IMG/VR virus record: IMGVR_UViG_3300020451_002055
DNA length: 64,000 nucleotides
Origin: a virus
Lineage: Duplodnaviria; Heunggongvirae; Uroviricota; Caudoviricetes
Direction: 5' to 3' (one strand)
Positions 20,664 to 30,815 of the stretch are shown piece after piece (the stretch's first letter is position 1; every line of letters begins with the position of its first letter). Under the pieces are notes generated by a model. The model was not told the DNA's origin and made no database searches. It saw only the letters and a list, made by a program, of their open reading frames with translations. The position numbers and the translations under genes were made by a program.

Positions 20664-21182
20664 ATGCCAAAGACCTGCGAGAAATGTGGATCGAATTTTC
20701 CGTTTCAAATGGAGATTGATGGTCGGATACGGAATTTTGGCAATCGAAGGTACTGCCTAGATTGTTCCCCTTTTGGCAGCCGCAATACCCGAACCTTAGA
20801 AAACAGCGAACAAAATGGTCTTTGCAAAGAATGCGGTCGGGTATTCGATTACGACAGATCAAAAGGACATAAAAGACGAACATGCAACTCTTGCTGCGTC
20901 ATCAAAGCTCAGAGGAATAAGAAGCAAAAAGCAGTCAACTACCTTGGAGGCAAATGCAGTAAGTGCGGATACAGTAAATGCTTAGCTGCTCTTGAATTCC
21001 ATCATATCGAGGACAAAGAAGAGAGTCCTTCATATGTCATTCTGAGATGGTCTTGGGAAAGGGCAAAGAAAGAGCTAGACAAGTGCGTTCTGTTATGTTC
21101 CAACTGCCATAGAGAAGAACATGAAAGAATGCTAAAGGAAAATCGGGTCCAAAGCTTATCAGGTAAAGCACCTGACTCTTAA
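20664..21182 (+). CDS. HNH endonuclease
   Basis: CxxC pairs, LGGKCSKCGY, ALEFHH, LDKCVLLCSNCHREEH. Confidence 0.88.
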   Translation: MPKTCEKCGSNFPFQMEIDGRIRNFGNRRYCLDCSPFGSRNTRTLENSEQNGLCKECGRVFDYDRSKGHKRRTCNSCCVIKAQRNKKQKAVNYLGGKCSKCGYSKCLAALEFHHIEDKEESPSYVILRWSWERAKKELDKCVLLCSNCHREEHERMLKENRVQSLSGKAPDS

Positions 21183-21218
21183 TCAGGATTCTTGCGGGTT
21201 CGAATCCCGCTGGACCCA
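21145..21218 (+). tRNA. tRNA-Lys(CTT)
   Basis: Acceptor GGGTCCA/TGGACCC, anticodon arm CCTGA-CTCTTAA-TCAGG, T arm GGTTCGAATCC; A at position 8 atypical. Confidence 0.85.
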
Positions 21219-21237
21219 TTGATATGCAGATGGAGAT

Positions 21238-22098
21238 TTGATGCGTCGAGACATGAAGTACAAGATCGTTGAAAGGCCCAGGTTCGAGGGCTACGGCAAC
21301 GGCAACGCTATTCGCCAACGCCGTGCTGCCGTTCGGGACATGGACCAGGAGCAGCTTGAGGCTCTTCCGACCAAGGAAGGCATGCGCCGTCCGCATGTTA
21401 TGAACTGGTCGGGCAAGGAACTCAACGAGAACCTGAACCCTCTCTACCGTTTCTTGAACAAGCAGGCAGGTCGCCCTTGGAACGATGTCTACTCGGAAAT
21501 CTGCGAGAACATCCGACCGGACTCGGCGACTCAGTTGCACATCCTGCAGCATGTCTTCGACATCGTTGAGACCAAAGTCAAGCTGGTCGATGGTAAGCCT
21601 TGTTACCTGAGTCGTACTTACTGGCGAACCCGAGAAGAAAATCTCCCGATCACTGATTGGGGCAACGGTAGCTACAGTCAAATGTACGTTGACCCGGAAG
21701 ACGGCATCCTCAAGATCGCTCCGCGGCGAGAAAAGATCAAGCGTCGTCGCAACTTCCGCGACGGCGACAAGTTCTACACTGATGACCCTCTGGTTCAGTA
21801 CCACCGTATCAAGGGCATCTGGTACCGTATCGACTTCCGCGAACTGGAAGACAAGGATATCGTCAACCGCAACAAGGAAGGCAAGCTTCTTGACGAGAGG
21901 TTCTGGCGAGTCGGAGCCCATGACATCTTGAGCGGTCGCAAACCGTTTGCCTTCCCCCATTACGCATACGATTGGTTGCCGAGACTGTACGAATGGGAAC
22001 ACCACTACGGCGGTCGAATTGTTCCGATCAACAAACGCCAACTCAACAGCAAGGAGATCAAACAGTACGGTCTCCACGATAGGAAGGAAGCAGCATGA
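21238..22098 (+). CDS. basic hypothetical protein
   Basis: 286 aa, strongly biased C-ending codons, GGAG SD. Confidence 0.8.
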   Translation: MMRRDMKYKIVERPRFEGYGNGNAIRQRRAAVRDMDQEQLEALPTKEGMRRPHVMNWSGKELNENLNPLYRFLNKQAGRPWNDVYSEICENIRPDSATQLHILQHVFDIVETKVKLVDGKPCYLSRTYWRTREENLPITDWGNGSYSQMYVDPEDGILKIAPRREKIKRRRNFRDGDKFYTDDPLVQYHRIKGIWYRIDFRELEDKDIVNRNKEGKLLDERFWRVGAHDILSGRKPFAFPHYAYDWLPRLYEWEHHYGGRIVPINKRQLNSKEIKQYGLHDRKEAA

Positions 22099-22883
22099 AC
22101 TCTCCTGAAGTCTGTTTCGCAATCGTTTCGCCTTGTCATGCAGTTATTACTGGTTCCGAAGAATGGCATAAAAGGAATCGACTGGACTGCGAAGCCATTG
22201 ACGACGACAGACTTCCGCCCCAGTTCAAAAAACTGATCGACTGCGGGTACGAATTCAACTGCGACGAGAACGAAGCAAGGAAGCTTCTCGCTAAACTCGG
22301 ATTCAGAGAAAGCGAGACTCTCGGAGAAAGCCGTATTCTCGACAAAGAACTGCTTTTTGATGATCCATGAACCCGAATGAAAACTGCTTCACAAACCTGC
22401 TCTGCTCCTTAGACCACAGGCCTAAGACGTTCAGAGCTAGACGGTTCTATTTCCGGGTGCAGCGGTTCATCTGCAGAAGAAACATCGAGAACGGATGGAC
22501 GAGCCAAGCTGACATATGCAACGATATTTTCAGCGATGATGAAATAGTTCGCATCGCCCGGGTGATGTCGAAGATTCGTATCATGGATGCTGACATAAGA
22601 CACCGCCTAGGAAAGCTCCCATGACCACCAGAGACGAACTCATCCGCCTCGGCGAACAGCTTGGACGAGAACGAGACAAGGCTTTGCAGCTTTGGACCTG
22701 GCTTCCAAGCTACGAAGTTGCTAAGCGTCATCATGGAGACTATGCTGACGAGTTCATGCCCTCAATCGATGAGATCATGAGCGAAGCCTGTAAGGTGATG
22801 GCTCAGGCGAAAGGGTATGAACTAAGCGAAGAAGAGCAAGAATGGCTTGCTCAGTGTCCTTGCGGCGAAGGCTGCGAATCGAA

Positions 22884-22955
22884 GGGTTGCTAGCTCAATG
22901 GCAGAGCATCGGACTTTTAATCCGGCGGTTCCGAGTTCGAGTCTCGGGCAGCCCA
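22884..22955 (+). tRNA. tRNA-Lys(TTT)
   Basis: GGGTTGC/GCAGCCC acceptor, CTTTTAA loop, AGTTCGAGTCT T arm. Confidence 0.9.
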
Positions 22956-23091
22956 TTCACATATACGAACCCGATCAATCTGCAAGTCTCTTGCAGACCA
23001 TCGAGGCGAATGTTGATAACGAAAAGCTGAGCGACAAAGAGTTTCGGCAGTTCATTCGCAACTCTCTGCCCGTAGCTCAGAAAGGCAAGTC

Positions 23092-23415
23092 ATGAACGTA
23101 CCCAACTTCTGTAAGCCGATCTACTGGCCTCTTGTTGGCGGCATTGCTCGCAACTTCTACGAGAGTCCTGCGGAGAACGGATGCTTCGCCCTCGTGCTTC
23201 TGGTCTTTTCGGTGCTTTGGTGGATATCCGCATCTACCATTACAGGCAGTATGATCTTGGGGTTGTTTTGGACTGCCCCTATTCTTCTCTGGTCTTTGGG
23301 TCATTTCGTTGCATGCATCGTTATGATAGCTCGCATCGAAATTGAGAAAGCCCGAAGAGAGGCGGAGAGAAGAGAAGCCGCCGCCCGAAAAGCAGTTCAA
23401 AGGAGCGCACTGTGA
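23092..23415 (+). CDS. small membrane protein
   Basis: Two hydrophobic segments; coupled start/stop. Confidence 0.6.
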   Translation: MNVPNFCKPIYWPLVGGIARNFYESPAENGCFALVLLVFSVLWWISASTITGSMILGLFWTAPILLWSLGHFVACIVMIARIEIEKARREAERREAAARKAVQRSAL

Positions 23416-23783
23416 GACGCAAAGGTTTTTCTCTTATCGAACTCCTCGTTGTTATGGCGATCATCGCACTGCTCATCGCTATCATTGTTCCTGCTATTGG
23501 CAAAGCAAGACAGCATCAACTCGAACAGGACCGCATCAACTCGCCCGACTACGTTCCTCCTCGCTTCGACGAGCAAGAGCGGGCCATTCTCGATCTCGTT
23601 GACAACATTGTCTATGTCCGCGATCCGAAAAGCGGCCTGGTCTACGCTATCATCAGAGAGACTAATCAGGAAGATGACTATAATGAAGGCTATGGTTGGG
23701 GCTACGGCTACATGGCAATTGTCCCGCCGGACCAGATTGAGAGAATCGAGCATCTGATCATTAATCGCGGCATTGATGATTGA
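23412..23783 (+). CDS. prepilin-type N-terminal cleavage/methylation domain protein
   Basis: MRRKG/FSLIELLVVMAIIALLIAIIVPAIGKAR type IV pilin N-terminus. Confidence 0.9.
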   Translation: MRRKGFSLIELLVVMAIIALLIAIIVPAIGKARQHQLEQDRINSPDYVPPRFDEQERAILDLVDNIVYVRDPKSGLVYAIIRETNQEDDYNEGYGWGYGYMAIVPPDQIERIEHLIINRGIDD

Positions 23784-23808
23784 CAGCGTGTTTCCTTGAG
23801 GCTACTAT
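23780..23808 (+). promoter_or_regulatory. sigma70-type promoter
   Basis: TTGACA-17 nt-TACTAT. Confidence 0.7.
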
Positions 23809-24071
23809 AGGCTTCGAGTCGAACTAGAGATACTACAAAGGAGAACCCATATGCAGACGATTGACAACCCCAACCTGAGCAGACTGACGCGCGAAGGCGC
23901 TGTTGGTATTGCGTTGATTTCAGCGGTTGCTCTTGGGTGCGTCGTCTGCCCGTATGCCGGTTTCCTTGGTATTGCGGGTCTTGCGATTTGGGGCCACAAG
24001 TTGGCCGATGCATCTGAGAGCTTTGTCGCTCGCCGACTCAAACGCACCTCTGTTGCCTAAGACACAACAGA

Positions 24072-24143
24072 GGGGGCGTAGCTCAGAGGCAGAGCAGCGG
24101 ACTTTTAATCCGAAGCGCGGGATTTCGAAACTCCCCGCCCTCA
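24072..24143 (+). tRNA. tRNA-Lys(TTT), divergent
   Basis: GGGGGCG/CGCCCTC acceptor, CTTTTAA loop, TTCGAAA T loop with imperfect stem. Confidence 0.8.
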
Positions 24144-24158
24144 TTTCGCGGATCAAAA

Positions 24159-24794
24159 ATGAAAGATTATCCCTCTATCCAGGGGCCTACTCAGGCCCCT
24201 CGGAAGCCATGTATCGCGTTCCATAAATACGACGGTTCCAACCTGCGTTTCGAATGGTCTCCGAAACGAGGATGGCATAAGTTTGGTACCAGAAAGCGTC
24301 TGTTCGATGAGACAGACGAGATTTTTGGACCGGCTATCCCGATCTTCCATCAAACGCTCGCAGACGGCATTATCGATGTCATCAAGAGTAACAAGAGATG
24401 GAGGAACAATGATCGGGTTACTGTCTTTGCCGAGTTTGTTGGCCCCAAATCATTCGCGGGCCTCCATGACCTCGAACCTGACAATCCAATGGAGCTTGTT
24501 CTCTTCGATGTCTGGCTCTACAAGTATGGGCTGATCGGTCCCCGAGAGTTCTCGAAAGAGTTCAGCGATCTCCGCATTCCTGAAATCGTATACGATGGAA
24601 ACCTGAACGAAGAGTTCGTTGCAGGTGTTCGTCGCGGCGACTACAATCTTGGAGACGGCATCGAAGAAGGCGTTGTCTGTAAGGGCGGCAGCGGAGGACA
24701 TCGAGACCTGTGGATGGCGAAAGTCAAGACTCAGGCATACCTCGACAAGCTCAAGGAAGTCTTTGGGACCGGCTGGACCCAATACGCCGAATAG
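24159..24794 (+). CDS. ATP-dependent RNA ligase-like nucleotidyltransferase
   Basis: Motif I KYDGSN, FAEF, LFDV, EGVV, AKVK. Confidence 0.75.
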   Translation: MKDYPSIQGPTQAPRKPCIAFHKYDGSNLRFEWSPKRGWHKFGTRKRLFDETDEIFGPAIPIFHQTLADGIIDVIKSNKRWRNNDRVTVFAEFVGPKSFAGLHDLEPDNPMELVLFDVWLYKYGLIGPREFSKEFSDLRIPEIVYDGNLNEEFVAGVRRGDYNLGDGIEEGVVCKGGSGGHRDLWMAKVKTQAYLDKLKEVFGTGWTQYAE

Positions 24795-24802
24795 GATCGA
24801 CC

Positions 24803-25777
24803 ATGACAGAAACAGCGAACTTCCATTCGATGACCTTCTTTTTCAGAGACAATCCTGACAAGATTGACTCGGAAGAAGGCTTTTCGCAATGCACGTTCAT
24901 GATGGACCTCATGCAACTGCATAAGCTCGGAAAGATTGAACTGGACCTGAGCGGTCATTTCCTTTCGAATGCTCCCGACTCCAAAACGTACTACGTCAAC
25001 CGCGGCGGCGATGAGGGTGCAGGCTTTATCGCCAGGCTGTCTTGCCCGCATACCAAGATCGACATCCAAGAAGCCGCAAGAGTCATCGAGGCTTGCGTCG
25101 AGGGCAGGACAACCGATCCGATCGAGTTCTATGCCTCTCGCTTCTCCCAATGCGGAGAATGCGGCGAAAGGCTGATGTTCTCATTCGACGGCAAGAACTT
25201 CAAGGTCGTCAATGAATGCCCAAAGCCCAACGGTTGTCTACCCTACAGCTTCGACATCGAGGTGCCTTCGGGTAAGCTTTACGTCGCAAACGATCTGAGG
25301 CGTGCTTGGCCTGAACTCGACTGCCGCGAAGCGGAGCCGCCGGACGACGGCAAGTGCCGGGATATCAACTCCCGCATCGGCTGCGTCAACACAACGCTTG
25401 ACTACGCAGCAGCGGGCATGGCCCATGTCTTTGTCGGCAACTCCTGTCCGAGCGTCTACAAAACCGGAGATGGCTTCCTTATCGGATGCTCGGGCTACGA
25501 CGACGATGACAATGAGATTCCGATCCCCGGAGTCCTCGAACAAGTCGCCTCGATCTGCACCGATCTTTGGTGGTACTGCATCGTTGATGAGTCCGAGCTA
25601 CTCGGCAGGTTTCTCAAGAATGTCGAGTTCGAAGGGACGTTCGAAAAATGGGTTAAGGCTCATAACTGCGATATCATCGATGTCGAGCCGGGCACCTATC
25701 GCTTCGAGGTTCTTCCATACGACTCGGAGGCTTGGAGAGAGCCAACGATCTATACCAGAATCAGGAGAGTCGGCTGA
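24803..25777 (+). CDS. hypothetical protein
   Basis: Long ORF, CxxC, AGGA SD. Confidence 0.75.
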   Translation: MTETANFHSMTFFFRDNPDKIDSEEGFSQCTFMMDLMQLHKLGKIELDLSGHFLSNAPDSKTYYVNRGGDEGAGFIARLSCPHTKIDIQEAARVIEACVEGRTTDPIEFYASRFSQCGECGERLMFSFDGKNFKVVNECPKPNGCLPYSFDIEVPSGKLYVANDLRRAWPELDCREAEPPDDGKCRDINSRIGCVNTTLDYAAAGMAHVFVGNSCPSVYKTGDGFLIGCSGYDDDDNEIPIPGVLEQVASICTDLWWYCIVDESELLGRFLKNVEFEGTFEKWVKAHNCDIIDVEPGTYRFEVLPYDSEAWREPTIYTRIRRVG

Positions 25778-26073
25778 TGAGACGGTCATCGAGAGACGCG
25801 ACCGCCAAGATCAACGGCAACATCGAGGTCGAGGTCGGCGACATCATCTGGACCTATGACGGCATCCTGCGGCGACCGGTCATGTGCGTCTTTTTCAGGA
25901 TCAATCGAGACAAGTGGCTTCGGGTCAAGAAGCATCCATACATCGAGCCTCATCAAGGCGAATGGCATTCTGACCTGCCGGAAAAGTTCTTCTCGACGAA
26001 GCAAGAGTGCATTGATGCCGAAATTTCGCGTCTCCGGGCTTTCACCGAATCAGCCTAGCTGCTACTGTATGGC

Positions 26074-26382
26074 ATGAGCCGCGAGAAGCGACGAGCCCGA
26101 CAGGAGTTCCGTCAAGGCGTTTTGGATCGCGACGGCCATCGGTGCGTCATCTGCGGCGTTCAGCCGGGGGATGATGGACTCGACGCTCACCACATCATCG
26201 ACAGGCACGACATGCCCAACGGCGGATACGTCAAGGAGAACGGCGTGACGCTATGCCATGACTGCCATCCGCTTGCGGAACGGGAGCATCAAGGGCTTGA
26301 TCCAGTGCCGGGTCTGAGTCGAGCAGAGCTTTTCGCGGCCATTGGGTCGAGCGAGGAAGAGGCCAGACATGCCGACCGCTGA
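26074..26382 (+). CDS. small HNH endonuclease
   Basis: RDGHRCVIC...DAHHI...NGVTLCHDCH. Confidence 0.85.
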   Translation: MSREKRRARQEFRQGVLDRDGHRCVICGVQPGDDGLDAHHIIDRHDMPNGGYVKENGVTLCHDCHPLAEREHQGLDPVPGLSRAELFAAIGSSEEEARHADR

Positions 26383-27091
26383 AGAACAGATCGCAAAACT
26401 CAACGATTTGATGACCCGAGAGGAAGAACTGCATCCTGACCTGGCGATCTACCTCTGCGAAGTCGGAGGCATTGGAACCTGTCTGCGGCATCCCCTCGTC
26501 TACTCCGTCCCCTACATCCCAACGAACGCTCTGTTCAACGCCCAGTATGCTCACAAGAAGCAGATGATCGAGGAATACCGGGCGGAGGGCAAGTGGGGTC
26601 AACTGATCTTCATGTATGAGCGTCCGTACCGGATGCAGATGTTCTTGGACATCGCTGATGAGATCGAGGACCATGATCTGTACTGGGAGCTTCTCGGGAG
26701 CATTCTGACCGATACCGAGAACATGCATCAGTGGCAGGAAGACTTGTACTGCGCGGTGGAGCCAGAAAATTCAGATCGTCGGGCGGAACGCTACAACATC
26801 ATGTCCAAGAGCGAGCTTTGGGACTTTGCTCAACTGCCTGATCGGGTTGTCATCTACCGAGGATGCACGGACGAGAATGAGGGCGGATGGTCTTGGACGA
26901 CTCGTCGAGAGATCGCTAGAGGGTTCGCTACCCGATTCGGTCAAGACGGTCATATGCTCAGAGCCACGGTCAAGAAGTCCAACATCATCGCCTACTTCAA
27001 CCGGCGCGATGAGTATGAAGTATTCATTGATCCCGATTATGTCGATTGGGAGCATTACGACGACGATGATCCGGACGAAATGCCGTTCTGA
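26369..27091 (+). CDS. hypothetical protein with ADP-ribosyltransferase-like C-terminus
   Basis: IYRG ... WSWTT ... EYEV spacing of R-S-E ART fold. Confidence 0.5.
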   Translation: MPTAEEQIAKLNDLMTREEELHPDLAIYLCEVGGIGTCLRHPLVYSVPYIPTNALFNAQYAHKKQMIEEYRAEGKWGQLIFMYERPYRMQMFLDIADEIEDHDLYWELLGSILTDTENMHQWQEDLYCAVEPENSDRRAERYNIMSKSELWDFAQLPDRVVIYRGCTDENEGGWSWTTRREIARGFATRFGQDGHMLRATVKKSNIIAYFNRRDEYEVFIDPDYVDWEHYDDDDPDEMPF

Positions 27092-27425
27092 GAGTGAAGT
27101 TCTCCTCTGATATGATCTCTGCATGGACAAGAGATTCATATCGAGAGTGCTGGCGGTTGTTGGGGCATTGCTTTTCCTCGTTGTATGCTTCGCTGGTGGA
27201 GGCGCGTTGATCGGTACTCTCGAAGAGCCGATCCGAGGTCATGTTATCGGCGGTCTGCAGGTCTTGGCAGCCATTCTCGGTCTTGGGGTATTCATCTCGT
27301 TCTTGAGTTTCCCCATTTGGGGAGACCGTTTCTTCTAAGTTCGCGAAAAGATATATAAGAAGCAAGAGTCCGAAGCTGTTCTCTCGAAGGTGTAAGCAAA
27401 GCATCTTTGAGAGGGCAGCTTTTCT

Positions 27426-28298
27426 ATGAACATACCTAAGATTATCCATCAGATATGGGTCGGAACAAAGCCATTTCCTGAGAAAGACTTGGCATGGTGC
27501 GAAAGCATCAAGAGAACGAATCCGTATTGGAAGTTCGTGCTTCATGCCGAGCATCCAGACAACATGCCCAAAGATGGGCCATGGGACGCTATCCAATCCG
27601 TACCCGACCTTATTCTTGGGTATCTCGTAGATGCTTTGCGCGATAGGATGAGCCCCAAGAGGTTTCCCGCAGGTTTCGCAGACATTGTTCGTCTCGAAGT
27701 CCTCATCAGAGAGGGTGGAGTCTACTTTGATACTGATGTTGTAGGCGTCAAGCCTATCGATGACATCATGGAAAACCTAACGCTCGGTCTTGCATGGGAA
27801 TACTCTCAGCATCAGATCGGAAACTTCTTCATCGGATCGATTCCGGGTCATCCTGCCCTTGTCAGTACTCTCAATGAGATTCACTCCACGACTAGAGGAG
27901 CAATCTCATGCTGCCATGACCTCAACCCGTTTTGGATAACCGGCCCAAAAGTCATCGAGAAGGTTCTTCCTGAGTATCCAGATTGTACGATCTTCCCGTT
28001 TTCGGTTATGAGCCCATGGAACCCAACTCTTCCATTTCCGACCGATTTTGAGAAGATTCCGTTCTCGCCAGCAACCAGAGTTGTGCATCTGTTCGACAGC
28101 AAATGGACGCATTTGCCTAGAGACCCGAATATACCCCTTGAAGAGGGGCTTGCGGTTCATTGGCATGACGAGCATTGCCGAGATGAAGAGGGGCGTTGGT
28201 GCCCGGAACCGGACGGGCACTGGACATGGCCTTGCCATGAGAACAACGAACCGGGAGAAGTCAAGAACCCGCCAACAGACTATGACTACTTTGAGTAA
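27426..28298 (+). CDS. GT32 (DXD) glycosyltransferase
   Basis: IPKIIHQIW, ADIVRLEVL..EGGVYFDTD. Confidence 0.88.
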   Translation: MNIPKIIHQIWVGTKPFPEKDLAWCESIKRTNPYWKFVLHAEHPDNMPKDGPWDAIQSVPDLILGYLVDALRDRMSPKRFPAGFADIVRLEVLIREGGVYFDTDVVGVKPIDDIMENLTLGLAWEYSQHQIGNFFIGSIPGHPALVSTLNEIHSTTRGAISCCHDLNPFWITGPKVIEKVLPEYPDCTIFPFSVMSPWNPTLPFPTDFEKIPFSPATRVVHLFDSKWTHLPRDPNIPLEEGLAVHWHDEHCRDEEGRWCPEPDGHWTWPCHENNEPGEVKNPPTDYDYFE

Positions 28299-28301
28299 GG
28301 A

Positions 28302-29003
28302 ATGGATATGAGATTCGAAGACTACGTTGATCTCGTTTGCTACGTCAATCTTGACAGAAGACCAGAAAAAGCGGAGTTCATGGAACAGCAGCTTGCAAGA
28401 GAAGGCATCGTCGCTCATCGTATCGCTGGCATTGACGCCGCCAAGCCTCTTCCGGGTATCATTCATCCGGTCGAATACAGCGAAGACGGCAACCCTCCGC
28501 CTCCCGATAATCGCAGGGGAATGCTTGGCTGTCTCTACTCAATGGGCGTTGCCCTCAGTCTGGCAAAAATATCGGGAGCCCGTTCAATGCTTTACCTTGA
28601 AGATGATGCTGTTCTATGTAGCGACTTCAAGAACAGGTTGATAGAGGCTATGGCATTTGCTCCGCCGGATTACCACATCATCAACTTCGGCGGATGGAAT
28701 ATGGAAGAACCGAAACCCCTGAATGAATGGTTCGGAGTTGTTACGGCAACCCTTAACGCTCATTGCCTCTTGTTCAACCAGTCTGTCATCAACTACGCCA
28801 TCGAATCGGTTACGCTCAGGACAGCTTGCGCAGACCATCAACTCATGGCGATGAAGAACATTCGTTACCTGTCATCTCTCAAGCTCAACATTCCTCAACG
28901 AACAGGTTACTCTGATACGATCAACGAGTTTCTTGGGTCTGATAGGGGTCGATTTGATATCGAAGAATGGACTGAGCAGCAATCAGGTGGAGACGAAGAT
29001 TGA
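28302..29003 (+). CDS. GT25-like glycosyltransferase
   Basis: VNLDRRPEK, LGCLYS, LYLEDDA. Confidence 0.8.
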   Translation: MDMRFEDYVDLVCYVNLDRRPEKAEFMEQQLAREGIVAHRIAGIDAAKPLPGIIHPVEYSEDGNPPPPDNRRGMLGCLYSMGVALSLAKISGARSMLYLEDDAVLCSDFKNRLIEAMAFAPPDYHIINFGGWNMEEPKPLNEWFGVVTATLNAHCLLFNQSVINYAIESVTLRTACADHQLMAMKNIRYLSSLKLNIPQRTGYSDTINEFLGSDRGRFDIEEWTEQQSGGDED

Positions 29004-29015
29004 TAGTATCCCTTT

Positions 29016-29510
29016 ATGGGCTACAACTGGCAGAAGAAGATGATCATTTTGCGAGGACTACCCGGTTCGGGCAAGTCTACTCTCGCATCTGATATGTTCC
29101 ACAACAACTTCTTCGATCCTAGGGCTCAGGTCGATTACCTGGTCGAGGGCGATGACTACCGCACTGTTCAGGGCGAGTACCGATACGATCCCGATCAGAA
29201 CTTCCTCGCTCAGGCGTGGTGCTGCTCGGAAGCCTTTCGCAGACTGCAATCGCAAGACATCATCTTTGTCGCGAATGTTTTCGCCAAGCGAGAGCATATC
29301 TTTCCGTACCTCGAATGGGCTCGAAAGCTTGAAGTGCGGGTTCTTTTGGTTGAAACCTCGACGCCTTGGGCTCTCGACAAAGACCAGCTTGTCGAGAAGA
29401 ACGTGCATGATGTTCCGCTTGAGAGCATCGAACATATGATGGAATCATGGGAGGGCCTGTCTCAGGCCGAAGTCGAAGTTCTTGTTGGACATCCTTGGGA
29501 GACGCTATGA
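29016..29510 (+). CDS. P-loop kinase (AAA_33/polynucleotide kinase-like)
   Basis: ILRGLPGSGKST, GDDY, KNVHDVP. Confidence 0.8.
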   Translation: MGYNWQKKMIILRGLPGSGKSTLASDMFHNNFFDPRAQVDYLVEGDDYRTVQGEYRYDPDQNFLAQAWCCSEAFRRLQSQDIIFVANVFAKREHIFPYLEWARKLEVRVLLVETSTPWALDKDQLVEKNVHDVPLESIEHMMESWEGLSQAEVEVLVGHPWETL

Positions 29511-30499
29511 GCAGCAATGGAACCACTGGTCTTTCTATCTTCTCTGGCCGCAACTCCCAAGTCCTGACAAGGAGAGTTTGCGAAGCGATCGACCATCCGC
29601 TCGCGAACTCTGAAACCGAAGTCTTTCCCGATGGAGAGCTTCTGGTCAAAGTCAAAGAAGATGTCCGAGGTCGAGACTGCTTCATCGTCCTCTCGACATG
29701 CCAGCCATGCAACGACAACCTCGCAGAACTGCTGATCTTCGTTGACTGTCTCAAGCGAGCATCAGCAAGACAAGTTACTTGCGTCGTCCCTTACTACGGT
29801 TACGCTCGACAGGACCGGAAAGACAAGGGGCGAGTGCCGATTACGGCCAAGCTCGTTGCGAACCTGATTGCTGCATCCAACGCAGACCGAGTGGTTACAT
29901 GCGATCTGCATGCTGCCCAGATTCAAGGCTTCTTCGATATCCCTGTTGACCATCTGCATGCAACGCCCGTCTTCCATGATTACTTTCAGAGCATCCGAGA
30001 GCAACTCGGCGATCTTTGCCTTGTTTCTCCCGATGTCGGCAACGTCAAGGTTGCAGAAGGCTTTGCGAATCTGCTCGATGCTGACATCGCAATCATCAAC
30101 AAGAAGCGAATCAGCGGCACAAAGACAGAGGCCGCTCAGATCATCGGTAACGTTGAGGGCAAGAACATCCTCATGTTCGATGACATGATTTCGACGGCGG
30201 GCACTGTTCTCAATGCCGCCAGACTTGTTCGAGAGCATGGGGCAAAAGAGATTACGGTTGCCGCTACGCATCCGTTGCTTGCTGATCCTGCCATCGAGCG
30301 TCTTTCAGATGACCTGATTACTCGCGTCGTATGCACTGATACGATTCCTTCCGGAAATCGTCCTGATGTCATTGAGGGTCTTGGGAACAAGTACGTTGAA
30401 CTCTCCGTCTCTCGACTTCTTGGCGAAGCTATTGTTCGAGTTCATGAAGATCGCTCGATCAGCGAACTGTTCTCGGGCACGGCAGGCGTAAAGCGTTGA
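29507..30499 (+). CDS. prs: ribose-phosphate pyrophosphokinase
   Basis: FPDGE, PYYGYARQDRK, DLHAAQIQGFFD, VSPDVG, DDMISTAGT. Confidence 0.95.
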   Translation: MSSNGTTGLSIFSGRNSQVLTRRVCEAIDHPLANSETEVFPDGELLVKVKEDVRGRDCFIVLSTCQPCNDNLAELLIFVDCLKRASARQVTCVVPYYGYARQDRKDKGRVPITAKLVANLIAASNADRVVTCDLHAAQIQGFFDIPVDHLHATPVFHDYFQSIREQLGDLCLVSPDVGNVKVAEGFANLLDADIAIINKKRISGTKTEAAQIIGNVEGKNILMFDDMISTAGTVLNAARLVREHGAKEITVAATHPLLADPAIERLSDDLITRVVCTDTIPSGNRPDVIEGLGNKYVELSVSRLLGEAIVRVHEDRSISELFSGTAGVKR

Positions 30500-30815
30500 T
30501 AGAGATACTCGCCATCCTTATTGCAGGTCTGTTTGACCAAGAAAGCGATTTGGATCGGGAAACGAAACGCTTTTGGAAAGGTATCAAAAGGCAGATCAAG
30601 GAGCGGTCTGGCGAAAGAGGCGGCATGGAGATGGCCGTACCTTTATATGAGGGCATGGAAGAATGCACTTTCCCAGACGAATGGGGCGAGCTAATAGATG
30701 TCGCTCTCTTCTATCACAACAGCACCGCCGTTTGGCTTGCCGATGGCGTCCAACTGACCGCGGAAGAAAAAGAGACGATGTTGCAGGTGTCAAGGGACTT
30801 CGGCATACTGAGGCT

